Source: Terrimicrobiaceae bacterium
GTDB taxonomy: Bacteria > Verrucomicrobiota > Verrucomicrobiia > Chthoniobacterales > Terrimicrobiaceae
DNA: 31,028 bases
Assembly: GCA_044342325.1 (NCBI GenBank)
Contig: JBIIPZ010000034.1
Location: 1 to 31,028 of the forward strand
Reading direction: 5' to 3'
Part shown: positions 18,902 to 28,188 of the stretch, one piece after another
Position numbering within the stretch: position 1 is the first letter of the stretch
How the letters are laid out: each line of letters begins with the position of its first letter
Notes under the pieces: generated by a model
What the model saw: the letters and a program-made list of their open reading frames with translations, nothing else
Databases searched by the model: none
Told to the model about the DNA's origin: nothing
Translations under genes and position numbers: made by a program

Positions 18902-19918
18902 TCAGGCCGGGGTGGATGACGCCGGCGTGGCTATGGAGTCGCGCATGGCGGTGTCGGACTGGATGTTTTTCAGGCGCATATAGTCCATGACTCCGAGGTT
19001 GCCATTGCGGAAGGCGGCGGAGATGGCCTCTGGGACTTGGGCTTCGGCCTCGACGACCTTGGCCTGCATTTCCTGGGTGCGGGCTTTCATTTCCTGCTCG
19101 GTGGCGACAGCGGCAGCGCGGCGCATTTCGGCCTTGGCCTGCGCGACGACCTTGTCGGCCTCTGCCTGCTCGGCCTGGAGCTTGGCTCCGATGTTGTCGC
19201 CGATATCCACATCCGCAATGTCCACGGAAAGGATTTCGAAAGCGGTGCCGGTATCGAGCCCCTTGGCGAGGACGGTCTTTGAGATGCGGTCGGGGTTTTC
19301 CAAGACATCCTTGTAAGAAACTGCGGAACCGATGGAGGTGATGATGCCCTCGCCGACGCGGGCAATGATGGTATCCTCCGTGGCACCGCCGACGAAGCGA
19401 TTCAGATTGGAACGAACAGTCACGCGGGCGCGGACTTTGACTCCGATGCCGTCGCGGGCCACGGCATCGATGGTGACTTTACCGGTGGTGGGATTCGGGC
19501 AGTCGATGACTTTTGGATTGATGCTGGTGCGGACGGCTTCCAGAACGGTTTTGCTGGTGCCCTTGATGGCGAGGTCAATGGCGCAAGCGCGGTTGAAGTC
19601 GAGTTGCAGAGCGGCCTTGTCGGCGGCAATGAGGGCCAAGACGACGTGAGAAACATTTCCACCGGCGAGGTAGTGGGCTTCAAGCGGGTCGGTGTCGATA
19701 TTAATACCGGCTTTTACCGCAGTGATACGACTGTCAACGATGAGCCCCATGGGCACGCGGCGCAGGCGCATTCCGATGAGCTTGGCGAAAGAAACAGGCG
19801 CGTCTGCCAGTTTTGCGCGCAGCCAAGTGCCGAAGAAATTCAGCAGGATGAACGCCATGACAAGGGCGCCGAGAAGAACGATTCCGAAAACAAAATAGAC
19901 GACGAATTGTGATATCAT
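18902..19918 (-). CDS. floA: Flotillin-like protein FloA (YqfA/UPF0365)
   Basis: [66 protein letters not shown]. Confidence 0.95.
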   Translation of the reverse strand: MISQFVVYFVFGIVLLGALVMAFILLNFFGTWLRAKLADAPVSFAKLIGMRLRRVPMGLIVDSRITAVKAGINIDTDPLEAHYLAGGNVSHVVLALIAADKAALQLDFNRACAIDLAIKGTSKTVLEAVRTSINPKVIDCPNPTTGKVTIDAVARDGIGVKVRARVTVRSNLNRFVGGATEDTIIARVGEGIITSIGSAVSYKDVLENPDRISKTVLAKGLDTGTAFEILSVDIADVDIGDNIGAKLQAEQAEADKVVAQAKAEMRRAAAVATEQEMKARTQEMQAKVVEAEAQVPEAISAAFRNGNLGVMDYMRLKNIQSDTAMRDSIATPASSTPA

Positions 19919-19989
19919 AGGTGTGGTGAGGCGGGCACAAAATGGCACAACTTTTCGAACGCGCTACTAAAATGTGCGCAAAAATTCCG

Positions 19990-20787
19990 TTATTCGGAAA
20001 AGGCGTCAACCTGGTCGAGTATGACATCCGCAAAGCCCGGATCCGTGCCGATGGCGCCGCTGTAAAACAACTGGCGGTCGCGCAGGTGATATGGGTTGTT
20101 TCGAAAAACCTGGCTCTGGCTGGCTGCAGGGCCGACATCCTCGGCGATACCCAGTAAAACCGGGATGTCTTGGTAGCTGTGCAGTCCGTCGGAAATGAAA
20201 AACGGCACGACGATGACATTCGGTTGGGAGGCGAGCTTGTCCCATTCTGAAATAAGCGGAGCCTCCTCCATGTAGGCCGAGAGCACTTCGGCATACTCGC
20301 TGGTCTCCGAGATTTTTTTAACCTGGAGCTTGGCGGCGACTGCTGAGTTTTCGTTGAGACCGGTTCCATGTCCGACAATGAAGAGGCTTGTTTCCTTGGG
20401 CGAAACACCCGGTGCGACCATGCGGGCCTGCTTCATGAGGAGACCGGTCATGGCCTCGTGGTTACCAGCAGGCTCGCAATAATGGATCGCTCGATTGCCG
20501 ATGCGCGTGGTTTTTCCGGCGAGTTCGAGTTCACGGGGAATGACCGTTTGGGTGAAATAGCCTTCGCTGATGAAATTCGGCACGACATAGACTTCGTCGC
20601 TGTCCACCGTGCGCAGGACTTCGCGGAAGGTGGGCTCTTCTTTCCAGAAACACACCGCCACTTCCGCAAAGATGCCGCGTTCACGAATGCTGCGGGCGTG
20701 AACGAGAGATGGCGCGCTCGAGTCGGGGTTCGTGGTGGAGCCATGGCCCACGATGATGAGGGCGCTTTGAGAAAGATTTTTTTTCAT
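19990..20787 (-). CDS. Two-domain CbiX/SirB-fold chelatase-like protein
   Basis: IVGHGS...FWKEEP...VVPNFISEGYF, then a second repeat IVGHGT...YMEEAP...VVPFFISDGLH. The ATG overlaps the glycosyltransferase TGA. Confidence 0.85.
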   Translation of the reverse strand: MKKNLSQSALIIVGHGSTTNPDSSAPSLVHARSIRERGIFAEVAVCFWKEEPTFREVLRTVDSDEVYVVPNFISEGYFTQTVIPRELELAGKTTRIGNRAIHYCEPAGNHEAMTGLLMKQARMVAPGVSPKETSLFIVGHGTGLNENSAVAAKLQVKKISETSEYAEVLSAYMEEAPLISEWDKLASQPNVIVVPFFISDGLHSYQDIPVLLGIAEDVGPAASQSQVFRNNPYHLRDRQLFYSGAIGTDPGFADVILDQVDAFSE

Positions 20788-21944
20788 TCGAGGAGTTCGG
20801 CGCAAACTTTGGCGGCGTCGAAATGTTTTTCTGCATACGCTCGGGCGGCTTCCGAGTGATGCGAATAATTTTCGGAAATTTTATCCAGGGCATCGGCGGC
20901 CTGCTGCGGCGTATCGAAGGCAACGACCCCTGAGCCTGACGGCAAGTAGTCGCTCCAACCTGTATCCTGAACGACGACGGGCTTGCCAGCAGCCAAGTAG
21001 CAGGCGCTGCGGCAACTGAACCACCCACTGCGCGAGCGCACATAGCCATTCTTGGCGATGCTCCATTCCCCCTTCGAGTGGGATAGGAAATCCCGGTAGG
21101 TGGTGTAGTCGGGCAGGTGGGTATCCGGCTCGATGATGTGCCAGCCTTTGGATTCGAGCATTTCGGTGGGACGCTTGCTTCCGATCCCCTGCCCCATAGC
21201 GAGGACGAATTTTTCCTTCGTCATGCCCGGCAGGTCGAGGAAACGCTCAAACTCGATATCCTTCTGCCCATATTTCTGGCCATTGTAATCTTTCGGCGCA
21301 TAGCTCGCCCAATTCATCACGGTGGTCCAAGCACCATTGGCGATGTGGTTTTTTTCCGAAGGCGAAAAATCCCGCCAATAATCCAGCGCTATCGGTTGCA
21401 CAGTAGGGCGCCAGTTAAAGCCTGCCGTGGGCACCTCGCACCCCGGCTTGCCGATGTTCAAACCAAAAGAATAATGCCGCTCGTGCGCGGCGACCCGCTT
21501 GGCGTATTCGGAAGCGGGATCTGCCGCCAGGCCGATCTGGGTGAACATGGGATCGCCATCCAAAAAAAGTTTCATCGGAATGCGCGAGGTCTCATCGCGC
21601 AACCAGCAGGCACCGGACACATTCGCGAGGACATCCGCCGAAGCGATGATTTTTTCGGCTTCGGCGGCACTCGCGACGCCGTGGTATTTCTCATCGGCGA
21701 CATTCCGGTAAATCCAGCGGTCTCCCATGCCAAACTGCTCCATGACGCGGGCCAGATAGGCCGTGTTGTGGGAGCAATCCGCGCTGGGCTCCATTTTCAC
21801 CGGATCGTAGGCCCAGGCTCCTGTATCCTCAAGATACCAGACATCATGGCCAAGGGCTCGAAAGCCGAGTGCATATTGAATATAATCCCATGTGACCCCT
21901 CCGAAGGCATATTGCCCGATCAACCCGGTAACGATAATCCTCAT
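20784..21944 (-). CDS. GT-B fold glycosyltransferase-like protein
   Basis: GGVTWDYIQYALGFRALGHDVWYLED and C-terminal SGWFSCRSACYLAAGKPVVVQDTG. The start at 21944 is preferred over 21950 because of the promoter position. Confidence 0.75.
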   Translation of the reverse strand: MRIIVTGLIGQYAFGGVTWDYIQYALGFRALGHDVWYLEDTGAWAYDPVKMEPSADCSHNTAYLARVMEQFGMGDRWIYRNVADEKYHGVASAAEAEKIIASADVLANVSGACWLRDETSRIPMKLFLDGDPMFTQIGLAADPASEYAKRVAAHERHYSFGLNIGKPGCEVPTAGFNWRPTVQPIALDYWRDFSPSEKNHIANGAWTTVMNWASYAPKDYNGQKYGQKDIEFERFLDLPGMTKEKFVLAMGQGIGSKRPTEMLESKGWHIIEPDTHLPDYTTYRDFLSHSKGEWSIAKNGYVRSRSGWFSCRSACYLAAGKPVVVQDTGWSDYLPSGSGVVAFDTPQQAADALDKISENYSHHSEAARAYAEKHFDAAKVCAELLE

Positions 21945-21952
21945 TTGCATGG

Positions 21953-21981
21953 AAACTAACGCCCCGAGTCGTCGGCGACAA
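21953..21981 (-). promoter_or_regulatory. Putative sigma70 promoter of the glycosyltransferase (leaderless arrangement)
   Basis: TTGTCG-N17-TAGTTT, ending 8 nt before ATG 21944. Confidence 0.5.
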
Positions 21982-22049
21982 GGTTCCCGATGGAAAGGCG
22001 TGAATGGCAGTGTTGCGCTTCCCCTCGGCTTGTCTTTAAATAAAAGCGC

Positions 22050-23228
22050 ATGAATCGTTTTTCCATCGCCCTATTGGGAGCAATGTTGCTACTGTTCAGC
22101 GGATGCAACAAACCATCCGCCCCTCAACCGCCTCCAGTCGCGGAATCAACACCGGCCCCGACACCCACCCCGTTGCCGGTCATCAATGTGGGAGTCTTTC
22201 TTCCTTTGAAAGGTCTTGGGCAGGGCAGTGCGAATGAAGTGCTGAACGGACTTGCCATGGGTGCCGAGGAGGTCAATGCCGGAGGCGGCGTCATCGGCCA
22301 TGTGCTCCGACTCGTGGTGCGCGACACCCGCGCCGAGCCTGCGCGAGCCGAAAAAGCCGTGCGCGATCTGGTGAGCGAGGACAAGGCCGTCGCACTGATA
22401 GGAGGCCTATCGGCAGGCAGTGCGGAAGCGGCCATGGCGGCGGATGACATTGGCATCCCGCTGCTGGCACTCGGGTCCACGATGCCCGGCATTCCATCAC
22501 ACGAACCTTGGATTTTTCGCCTCTGCCAAACGGATTTCCACTCCGGCCGGGTCATGGCAAAGTTCGCGGCGACGCTTGGAGCCAAGCGGGCGCTCGTGCT
22601 CTACGACCCTGCCGACGAATTTTCAAAAAGTCTGGCGCTGGCGTTTGGGAAGCAATTCAAGCGCAAACCAGACGCCCGCATCGCCGGCGAGGCCTTTGCC
22701 ACTGGCACGGTGGATTTCACCAAGCACCTCCAGACGATCAAAAAGAAAAACCCGGATGTTATCTACCTCCCCCTTCCCGCCGATCAAGCTGCTCCGATCC
22801 TGAGGAAAGCCCGCGAACTCGGACTCACGATGCCATTCCTCGGAACGGCGAATTGGGACTCGCTGGAGTTTCCATCGATGGTTGGAGAATCCGGTAACAA
22901 CACCTATTTTCCCGGTCGATTCAACCCCGAAGACCCTTCCGATGCGGTTCAGCTCTTTCTCGAAGTCTATGAGCGCAAAAACGGCACCTCCCCATCCGCG
23001 TCCGCCGCGATGGGCTACGATGCCTTGGTGGTTTTGGCGGATGCCATTCGCAGGGCCAATTCCACAGAGCCTCAAAAACTTCGCGAAGCCTTGGCAAGCA
23101 CGCAATCATTTCCGGGCCTGACAGGCGACATCACCACAGATCCCGAACTCGCACGCACCCAGTCCGTGCCCCTGCTGAAACTCGATGCCGGAAAAATCAG
23201 CTTCCTCGAAATGATCGAGACCAACTAA
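22050..23228 (+). CDS. LivJ/branched-chain amino acid-type ABC substrate-binding lipoprotein
   Basis: Lipobox LFSGC, Pro-rich linker, EEVNAGGGVIG, PWIFRL, NPDVIY, AAMGYDA, FPGLTGDIT. Confidence 0.88.
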   Translation: MNRFSIALLGAMLLLFSGCNKPSAPQPPPVAESTPAPTPTPLPVINVGVFLPLKGLGQGSANEVLNGLAMGAEEVNAGGGVIGHVLRLVVRDTRAEPARAEKAVRDLVSEDKAVALIGGLSAGSAEAAMAADDIGIPLLALGSTMPGIPSHEPWIFRLCQTDFHSGRVMAKFAATLGAKRALVLYDPADEFSKSLALAFGKQFKRKPDARIAGEAFATGTVDFTKHLQTIKKKNPDVIYLPLPADQAAPILRKARELGLTMPFLGTANWDSLEFPSMVGESGNNTYFPGRFNPEDPSDAVQLFLEVYERKNGTSPSASAAMGYDALVVLADAIRRANSTEPQKLREALASTQSFPGLTGDITTDPELARTQSVPLLKLDAGKISFLEMIETN

Positions 23229-23249
23229 AGTAGGGAAGCCCCTCCCGCC

Positions 23250-23630
23250 TCAAGGCGCAGGCTGAATCAACTCGACTTCATAGCCATCCGGTGCGTCGAC
23301 AAAAGCAAGCACCGACCCGCTCGATGTCTTGTGAGGTCCATCGCTGAGCGGATATCCCAAAGCGGCCGCATGTTTGGCAAAGGCCTCCATATCCTCCACC
23401 CCAAAGGCCAGATGAGTGAGATCCGGACCCACCACGACAGGACCACTTCCGTCGTATTTGCAGATTTCGATGAGCGCCTCGCTGCCGGGCGCTTTCAAAA
23501 AAACCAACTCCGACCCGCGGTCACTTTTCTTGCGACTGACCTCTTCGAGGCCGAGAACCTCGCGGTAGAAATGGAGAGTTTTTTCAAGATCGGTGACACG
23601 ATAGCGAGTGTGAAGAAATTTGGTGACCAT
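23250..23630 (-). CDS. VOC-family protein (lactoylglutathione lyase-like)
   Basis: FLHTRYRV.DLEKTLHFYREVLGL, HLAFGVED, AFVDAPDGYEVELI. Confidence 0.9.
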   Translation of the reverse strand: MVTKFLHTRYRVTDLEKTLHFYREVLGLEEVSRKKSDRGSELVFLKAPGSEALIEICKYDGSGPVVVGPDLTHLAFGVEDMEAFAKHAAALGYPLSDGPHKTSSGSVLAFVDAPDGYEVELIQPAP

Positions 23631-23765
23631 GAGTGGCAGAATAGGCGCTCTGAAGCGGCGAAGCCAAGACGACATTTTCGGTGATTTTTCCTCAGAGCAC
23701 TCAGTGATTTTTTCAAAAATCCGTTTTCGGCTTCACTGAACGCGCATAGGGTTTCAAGAGATGCC

Positions 23766-24200
23766 ATGAAACAAAAAATCCTGCTCGTTGACGGGCACAG
23801 CATGATCTTCGACTGGGAAGACCTGGCCTCGCTGCACGGACGCAACACCGCAGCCGCAAGAGAGGAACTCATTCGCAGACTCACTGGGCTCCAAGACAAC
23901 TCGGATTGGACGATAGCCGTGGTTTTTGATGGCACCGGCATGAAGGCATCGAGCGACGGCGCCCCGCACGGCATCGCCGTTTTTTATTCGAAGTCCGGAC
24001 AGACAGCCGATTCCATCATCGAGCGCCTGGCCGCAAAGTATGCAAAGGACCACGAGGTCACAGTGGCCACAAACGACCGCATGGAGCGCACGACAGCCGA
24101 GGCCTTCGGCTCAATGACCATCTCAGGCCTTCAACTCCGCGCCGAAATCGAATCCGCTCACAACGCCGTGCGAGAAACAATCCGACGACTCCGCCGCTGA
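23766..24200 (+). CDS. NYN/PIN-fold ribonuclease, YacP (Rae1)-like
   Basis: LLVDGHSMI, AREELI, VVFDG, TADSIIE, VATND. Confidence 0.88.
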   Translation: MKQKILLVDGHSMIFDWEDLASLHGRNTAAAREELIRRLTGLQDNSDWTIAVVFDGTGMKASSDGAPHGIAVFYSKSGQTADSIIERLAAKYAKDHEVTVATNDRMERTTAEAFGSMTISGLQLRAEIESAHNAVRETIRRLRR

Positions 24201-24218
24201 TTTTTTTTAAATAAACTC

Positions 24219-24247
24219 TTGCGTGCCGGCCTCCATATCCCTAGTTT
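24219..24247 (+). promoter_or_regulatory. Putative sigma70 promoter of tRNA-Asp
   Basis: TTGCGT-N17-TAGTTT, preceded by an AT-rich UP-like tract (TTTTTTTTAAATAAA). Confidence 0.6.
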
Positions 24248-24263
24248 TGCCGCTCCTTTTTAA

Positions 24264-24337
24264 GGAGCCTTAGCTCAATCGGTCAGAGCGCTGCCCTGTC
24301 ACGGCAGAGGTTGCGGGTTCGAGCCCCGTAGGCTCCG
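24264..24337 (+). tRNA. tRNA-Asp (GTC), CCA not encoded
   Basis: Acceptor stem GGAGCCT/AGGCTCC, D-arm TAGCTCAATCGGTCAGAGC, anticodon arm CTGCC-CTGTCAC-GGCAG, T-loop GGTTCGAGCC, discriminator G followed by CAT. Confidence 0.97.
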
Positions 24338-24630
24338 CATTTTTCTTTTTGCGGAAATCCCCTCTACAACCGCATAAATCCTCGCGCTGCGGGCGGGGCA
24401 ATGAGTCATCGAAGTTCTCTGGCATTGCCTAAAATTGCCTTTAATTTGTCACAAAAACTCCGCGAAATTCCTGCCACCCTTCGAACCAAGAAGAACGCTC
24501 GAAACGGGTATAGTTTGATAAAGACGGCGTTTTTACTTTTCGAAGACTCCATTTCACAAAAATTCGTTACGCTGAGCAGCGCCAAGAAGCCCATGTGGGT
24601 TGCTTTGAGGCGTTGAAGTATAGCCTGTGA

Positions 24631-24888
24631 TCAGTTCCGCTTCGATAGGATGATTTTTTCGTAGGTTTTAACCTCGGCGATCCATGAGGAATCTCCGGCC
24701 ACATTCTGGCGACGGCAGTGTTCTTGCCAGACGGCACCGATCGGGAGGTTTTTCGCTTCCTCCAAGAGAGCAAGACGGGTCGTGAAGTCGGCGTCCGCCT
24801 CGGCGTCGCGGAGCAGCGCCGCAGGCTCGAGCAATGCGGCAAGGAGGGCCTTGATGGTCGAGCGGGTGCCAATGACCCAGGCTGCAAC
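24631..24888 (-). pseudogene. rhaA: 3' remnant (~85 codons) of L-rhamnose isomerase
   Basis: VAAWVIGTRSTIKALLAALLEP...DFTTRLALLEEAKNLPIGAVW...YEKIILSKR corresponds to the RhaA C-terminus. The catalytic barrel is absent and AT-rich non-coding DNA lies upstream. Confidence 0.85.
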
Positions 24889-25014
24889 GCCGGTCAATGA
24901 GACAGGCACGGTTTCTCACGACCTATTTTTTGGCCGTGCATATGCGCACAGCAAGATACGAAAGGTATTTTTACCCTAGTTGCTTTTAAAATTAAGCTAA
25001 AATTCTATATGATG

Positions 25015-26487
25015 TTAGCTTATGAATATTTTTTGGCGGAGGTGGTTTTGGGTTTCGAGGAGGCTGGTGTAGTCGAATGTGGTGCGGGGTTCGAGGCGGG
25101 AGCCTTGGGCGATTGGGGCGCAGCGGTCGGAGAGATTTTCGAGGGAGGCGCTGGGGGAGGCGGCGGCGAGGGCTTGGATAGCGGCGCCGAGCGCGGCTCC
25201 TTCCGCGCTTTGCATGGTGACGACGGGGTAGCCGAAGATGTCGGCGAGAATCTGGCGCCAGGCGGCGCTTTTGCTTCCGCCGCCGGTGAGGCGGATTTCG
25301 GAGGGTTTGAGGCCGAGGGATTCCATGCGGCGGAGGCCGTAGGCCATGCCGAGTGTGACGCCTTCCATCGCGGCGCGGGCCATGTGGGCAGGCGTAAGAT
25401 TCGAGGTGTTCATGCCGTGCAGGACGCCGCAGCCGTCGGGGAGGTTCGGCGTGCGCTCGCCTTGGAGATAGGGCAGGAAAACCAAACCGTCAGCGCCGGC
25501 GGGAACGGATGAGACTTCCCGATCCATGCGCTCGTGATCCCAACCGAAGAGGTTGCGGAAGGCCTCGGTGGCGACGGTGACATTCATCGTGCAGAGGAGC
25601 GGCATCCAGTGGTCGGCGCTGTCGCAGAATGCGGCGATCTCGCCTTGGGGGTCGATGACTGGCTGCGGAGCGCAGGCGAAAATCGTGCCGCTTGTGCCGA
25701 GGCTGGCGGTGACTGTGCCGGGGCGGATGTTTCCCGTGCCGATGGCTGCCATCATGTTGTCACCTCCCCCGGCGCTGATGATGACATCCGGCGAGAGCCC
25801 CAATGCGCTGGCAAGGGCGGGGAGGAGTTTTCCGCAAGGTTCGGTGGAGGAGCCGACGGGCGGGAGTTTTGAGAGGAGGTTTTCGTCGATGGCGGCGCAG
25901 ACTTCACTGCTCCAACGGCGCGTGCGGACATCGAGGAGGGCGGAGCCGGAGGCATCGCCGAACTCCATGCGCAGTGTGCCGGTGAGGCGGAGATTTAAAA
26001 AATCATGCGGCAGGGCGACATGGGCGAGCTTGGCGAAATTGGCAGGCTCGTTTTGCTTGAGCCAAAGAATCTTTGGCGCGGTGAAGCCGGGCAGGATGTC
26101 ATTTCCCGCGAGGGCGATTGTTTTTTCGCGTCCACCGAGTTTAGCGCGGATTTCGTCGCACTGCGCGGCTGTGGAGGTATCGCACCAGAGCTTGGCGGGG
26201 CGGATGACTTGGTGATTGACATCGAGCGGCACGAAGCCGTGTTGCTGACCGGAAACGCCGATGCCTGCAACCTCAGCTTTGCGGGGGCCGAGGTCGGCGA
26301 GGACTTTTTGGACGGTCTCCTCGAGGGCATCCCACCAGATGGCGGGATCCTGCTCGAGGTGACCGGCGGGCAGTCCCTCCACCAAGCCGTAGGCTTTGCT
26401 GGCGGAGGCGATGACTTTTCCGGAATCGCCGTCGAGGGCGACCGTTTTCAGACTCTGCGTGCCGCAGTCGATGCCGAGGGTGATCAC
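25015..26487 (-). CDS. xylB: Xylulokinase (FGGY family)
   Basis: [56 protein letters not shown] coupling to xylA. Confidence 0.95.
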   Translation of the reverse strand: MITLGIDCGTQSLKTVALDGDSGKVIASASKAYGLVEGLPAGHLEQDPAIWWDALEETVQKVLADLGPRKAEVAGIGVSGQQHGFVPLDVNHQVIRPAKLWCDTSTAAQCDEIRAKLGGREKTIALAGNDILPGFTAPKILWLKQNEPANFAKLAHVALPHDFLNLRLTGTLRMEFGDASGSALLDVRTRRWSSEVCAAIDENLLSKLPPVGSSTEPCGKLLPALASALGLSPDVIISAGGGDNMMAAIGTGNIRPGTVTASLGTSGTIFACAPQPVIDPQGEIAAFCDSADHWMPLLCTMNVTVATEAFRNLFGWDHERMDREVSSVPAGADGLVFLPYLQGERTPNLPDGCGVLHGMNTSNLTPAHMARAAMEGVTLGMAYGLRRMESLGLKPSEIRLTGGGSKSAAWRQILADIFGYPVVTMQSAEGAALGAAIQALAAASPSASLENLSDRCAPIAQGSRLEPRTTFDYTSLLETQNHLRQKIFIS

Positions 26488-27791
26488 AGGAGTTCGTTCA
26501 GGATGTTTTCGAGGTATTCCTGACCACCGCTTTCGAGCGTGGGCGCAGGCTGCGAGAGGGCGAGCTTCTCGAGTTCGGCGAACGATGCCTTGCCGGCGAG
26601 GATTTTCTTTCCGAGATCGGAGTTCCACGAGGCGTAGCGGTTTTTCACGAATTCCTCGATGCGGCCGTCAGCGCGGATGGCAGCGGCGATTTTGAGTCCG
26701 CGCGCGAAGGCATCCATGCCGCCGATGTGGGCGTGGAAGAGGTCGGCGGGGTTGTGAGATTCGCGGCGGCGCTTGGCGTCGAAGTTGAGTCCACCCTCCT
26801 TGAAGCCACCCATGCCGAGGACGACGAGCATGACTTCGGCGGCGAGGTAGATGTTTGTCGGGAATTGGTCGGTGTCCCAGCCAATGAGTTCGTCGCCACG
26901 GTTGGCATCGATCGAGCCGAGGCGGCCAGCATTCGCTGCGACGGTCAGTTCATGCCGCATTGTGTGGCCGGCGAGCGTGGCGTGGTTGGTTTCGATGTTG
27001 AGTTCGAATTCGTCGAAGAGTCCGTATTCGCGCAGGAAGTTGAAGCAGGCGGCAGAGTCCGAGTCGTATTGGTGGGTCGAGGGTTCGCGGGGTTTCGGCT
27101 CGATCCAGAACTTGCCGGTGAAGCCGATTTCTTTCTTCCAAGCGACCGCCATGTGCAGGAAGGCGGCGAGTTGGTCGAGTTCATGCTTCATGTCGGTGTT
27201 CCAGAGCGACGAGTAGCCTTCGCGACCACCCCAGAAGACATAGCCGCCGCCACCGAGTTCCTTGGTGACGGAGATGGCTTTTTTCACCTGAGCTGCGGCG
27301 TGGGCGAAGACGGGCAGGCTCGGCGTGGTGGCTCCACCTTGGGCGAAACGCGGATGCGCAAACAGGCAGGCCGTGCCCCAGAGGAGCTTCTTGCCAGTGC
27401 GCTGCTGCTCCTCGGCGAGGGTTCCGGCCACGGCATCCAATGCAGCGTGGGACTCGGCGAGCGTGTCACACTCGGGCGCGACATCGCGGTCGTGGAAGCA
27501 GTAGAAATCGATGTCGATTTTTTCGAGGAATTCAAAAAACACACGCACGCGCTTCTGGGCATTGGCCACAGAGTTCGTGCCGTCATCCCACGGCATCAAG
27601 GCCGTGCCACCGCCGAAAGGATCAGCAAGAGGATTGCGCATGACATGCCAGTAAGCTGCCGCAAAGCGCAGGTGCTCGCGCATGGATTTGCCCTCGACGA
27701 GTTCGTCGGGGTTGTAGTGTTTAAAGGCAAAAGGATTTTTAGACTTGGAGCCTTCGTAGGCGATTTTTGGGACTTCAGGGAAGTATGGCAT
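26484..27791 (-). CDS. xylA: Xylose isomerase (class II)
   Basis: [55 protein letters not shown]. Confidence 0.97.
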   Translation of the reverse strand: MPYFPEVPKIAYEGSKSKNPFAFKHYNPDELVEGKSMREHLRFAAAYWHVMRNPLADPFGGGTALMPWDDGTNSVANAQKRVRVFFEFLEKIDIDFYCFHDRDVAPECDTLAESHAALDAVAGTLAEEQQRTGKKLLWGTACLFAHPRFAQGGATTPSLPVFAHAAAQVKKAISVTKELGGGGYVFWGGREGYSSLWNTDMKHELDQLAAFLHMAVAWKKEIGFTGKFWIEPKPREPSTHQYDSDSAACFNFLREYGLFDEFELNIETNHATLAGHTMRHELTVAANAGRLGSIDANRGDELIGWDTDQFPTNIYLAAEVMLVVLGMGGFKEGGLNFDAKRRRESHNPADLFHAHIGGMDAFARGLKIAAAIRADGRIEEFVKNRYASWNSDLGKKILAGKASFAELEKLALSQPAPTLESGGQEYLENILNELL

Positions 27792-27889
27792 AGTTGGTGA
27801 GTTGGGTGATTCTATCTAAATTATGCGGCCTTGGCGAGCAGAAGTGGATTCTCGGAGCCCACTATGCAGCGCCGTGGTTGCGGGGCGGA

Positions 27890-28012
27890 TCAGTCTTGGA
27901 TCAGGCCACACGCTGAACCTCCCAAGGGTTTTCGTTTGGCTCTGCGGCGGAGGTATTGGATGACGACGCTGGCGAGGAGGGCTACGGCGTAGAAGTAGGT
28001 TTCGGTTTCGGG
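27890..28012 (-). pseudogene. Orphan PEP-CTERM-like sorting tail (no start codon, no passenger domain)
   Basis: A minus-strand frame absent from the ORF track reads PETETYFYAVALLASVVIQYLRRRAKRKPLGG..., i.e. a PE-motif, a TM helix and a basic cluster. An in-frame TAA lies 9 sense codons upstream with no start codon in between. Confidence 0.65.
27898..27925 (-). repeat. Degenerate single arm of the REP-like family
   Basis: TTGGGAGGTTCAGCGTGTGGCCTGATCC matches the copy-1 arm TTGGGAGGGCCATCGTCCCGCATGGCCC at 19/28, with the hairpin roughly retained. Confidence 0.4.
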
Positions 28013-28188
28013 TGGCGCAAATTCTCTGTGATCCTGATTTTATAGGATGGTCAACTAAACTAGTCGCCTGCCCCATTGCTCTGCAGTTTCGAAGAAAGGC
28101 GGACCGACCTCCGCAGCATGAATGGCGTGGCAGAAGCAAGAGCTCGTCGTGGTAGGAGGCTGCGGGGACTGAGATTCCAGGGCTGCGA

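Noticed and set aside
24401..24616. 71-aa ORF after tRNA-Asp, considered as an integrase remnant or small toxin
   Set aside because: AT-rich, with no recombinase motifs and no TM segment. I cannot support it as a gene.
26727..27800. 357-aa ORF antisense to xylA (and similar ORFs opposite xylB, serA, nfeD and abiE)
   Set aside because: These are stop-poor antisense frames expected in GC-rich coding DNA, with no recognisable domains.
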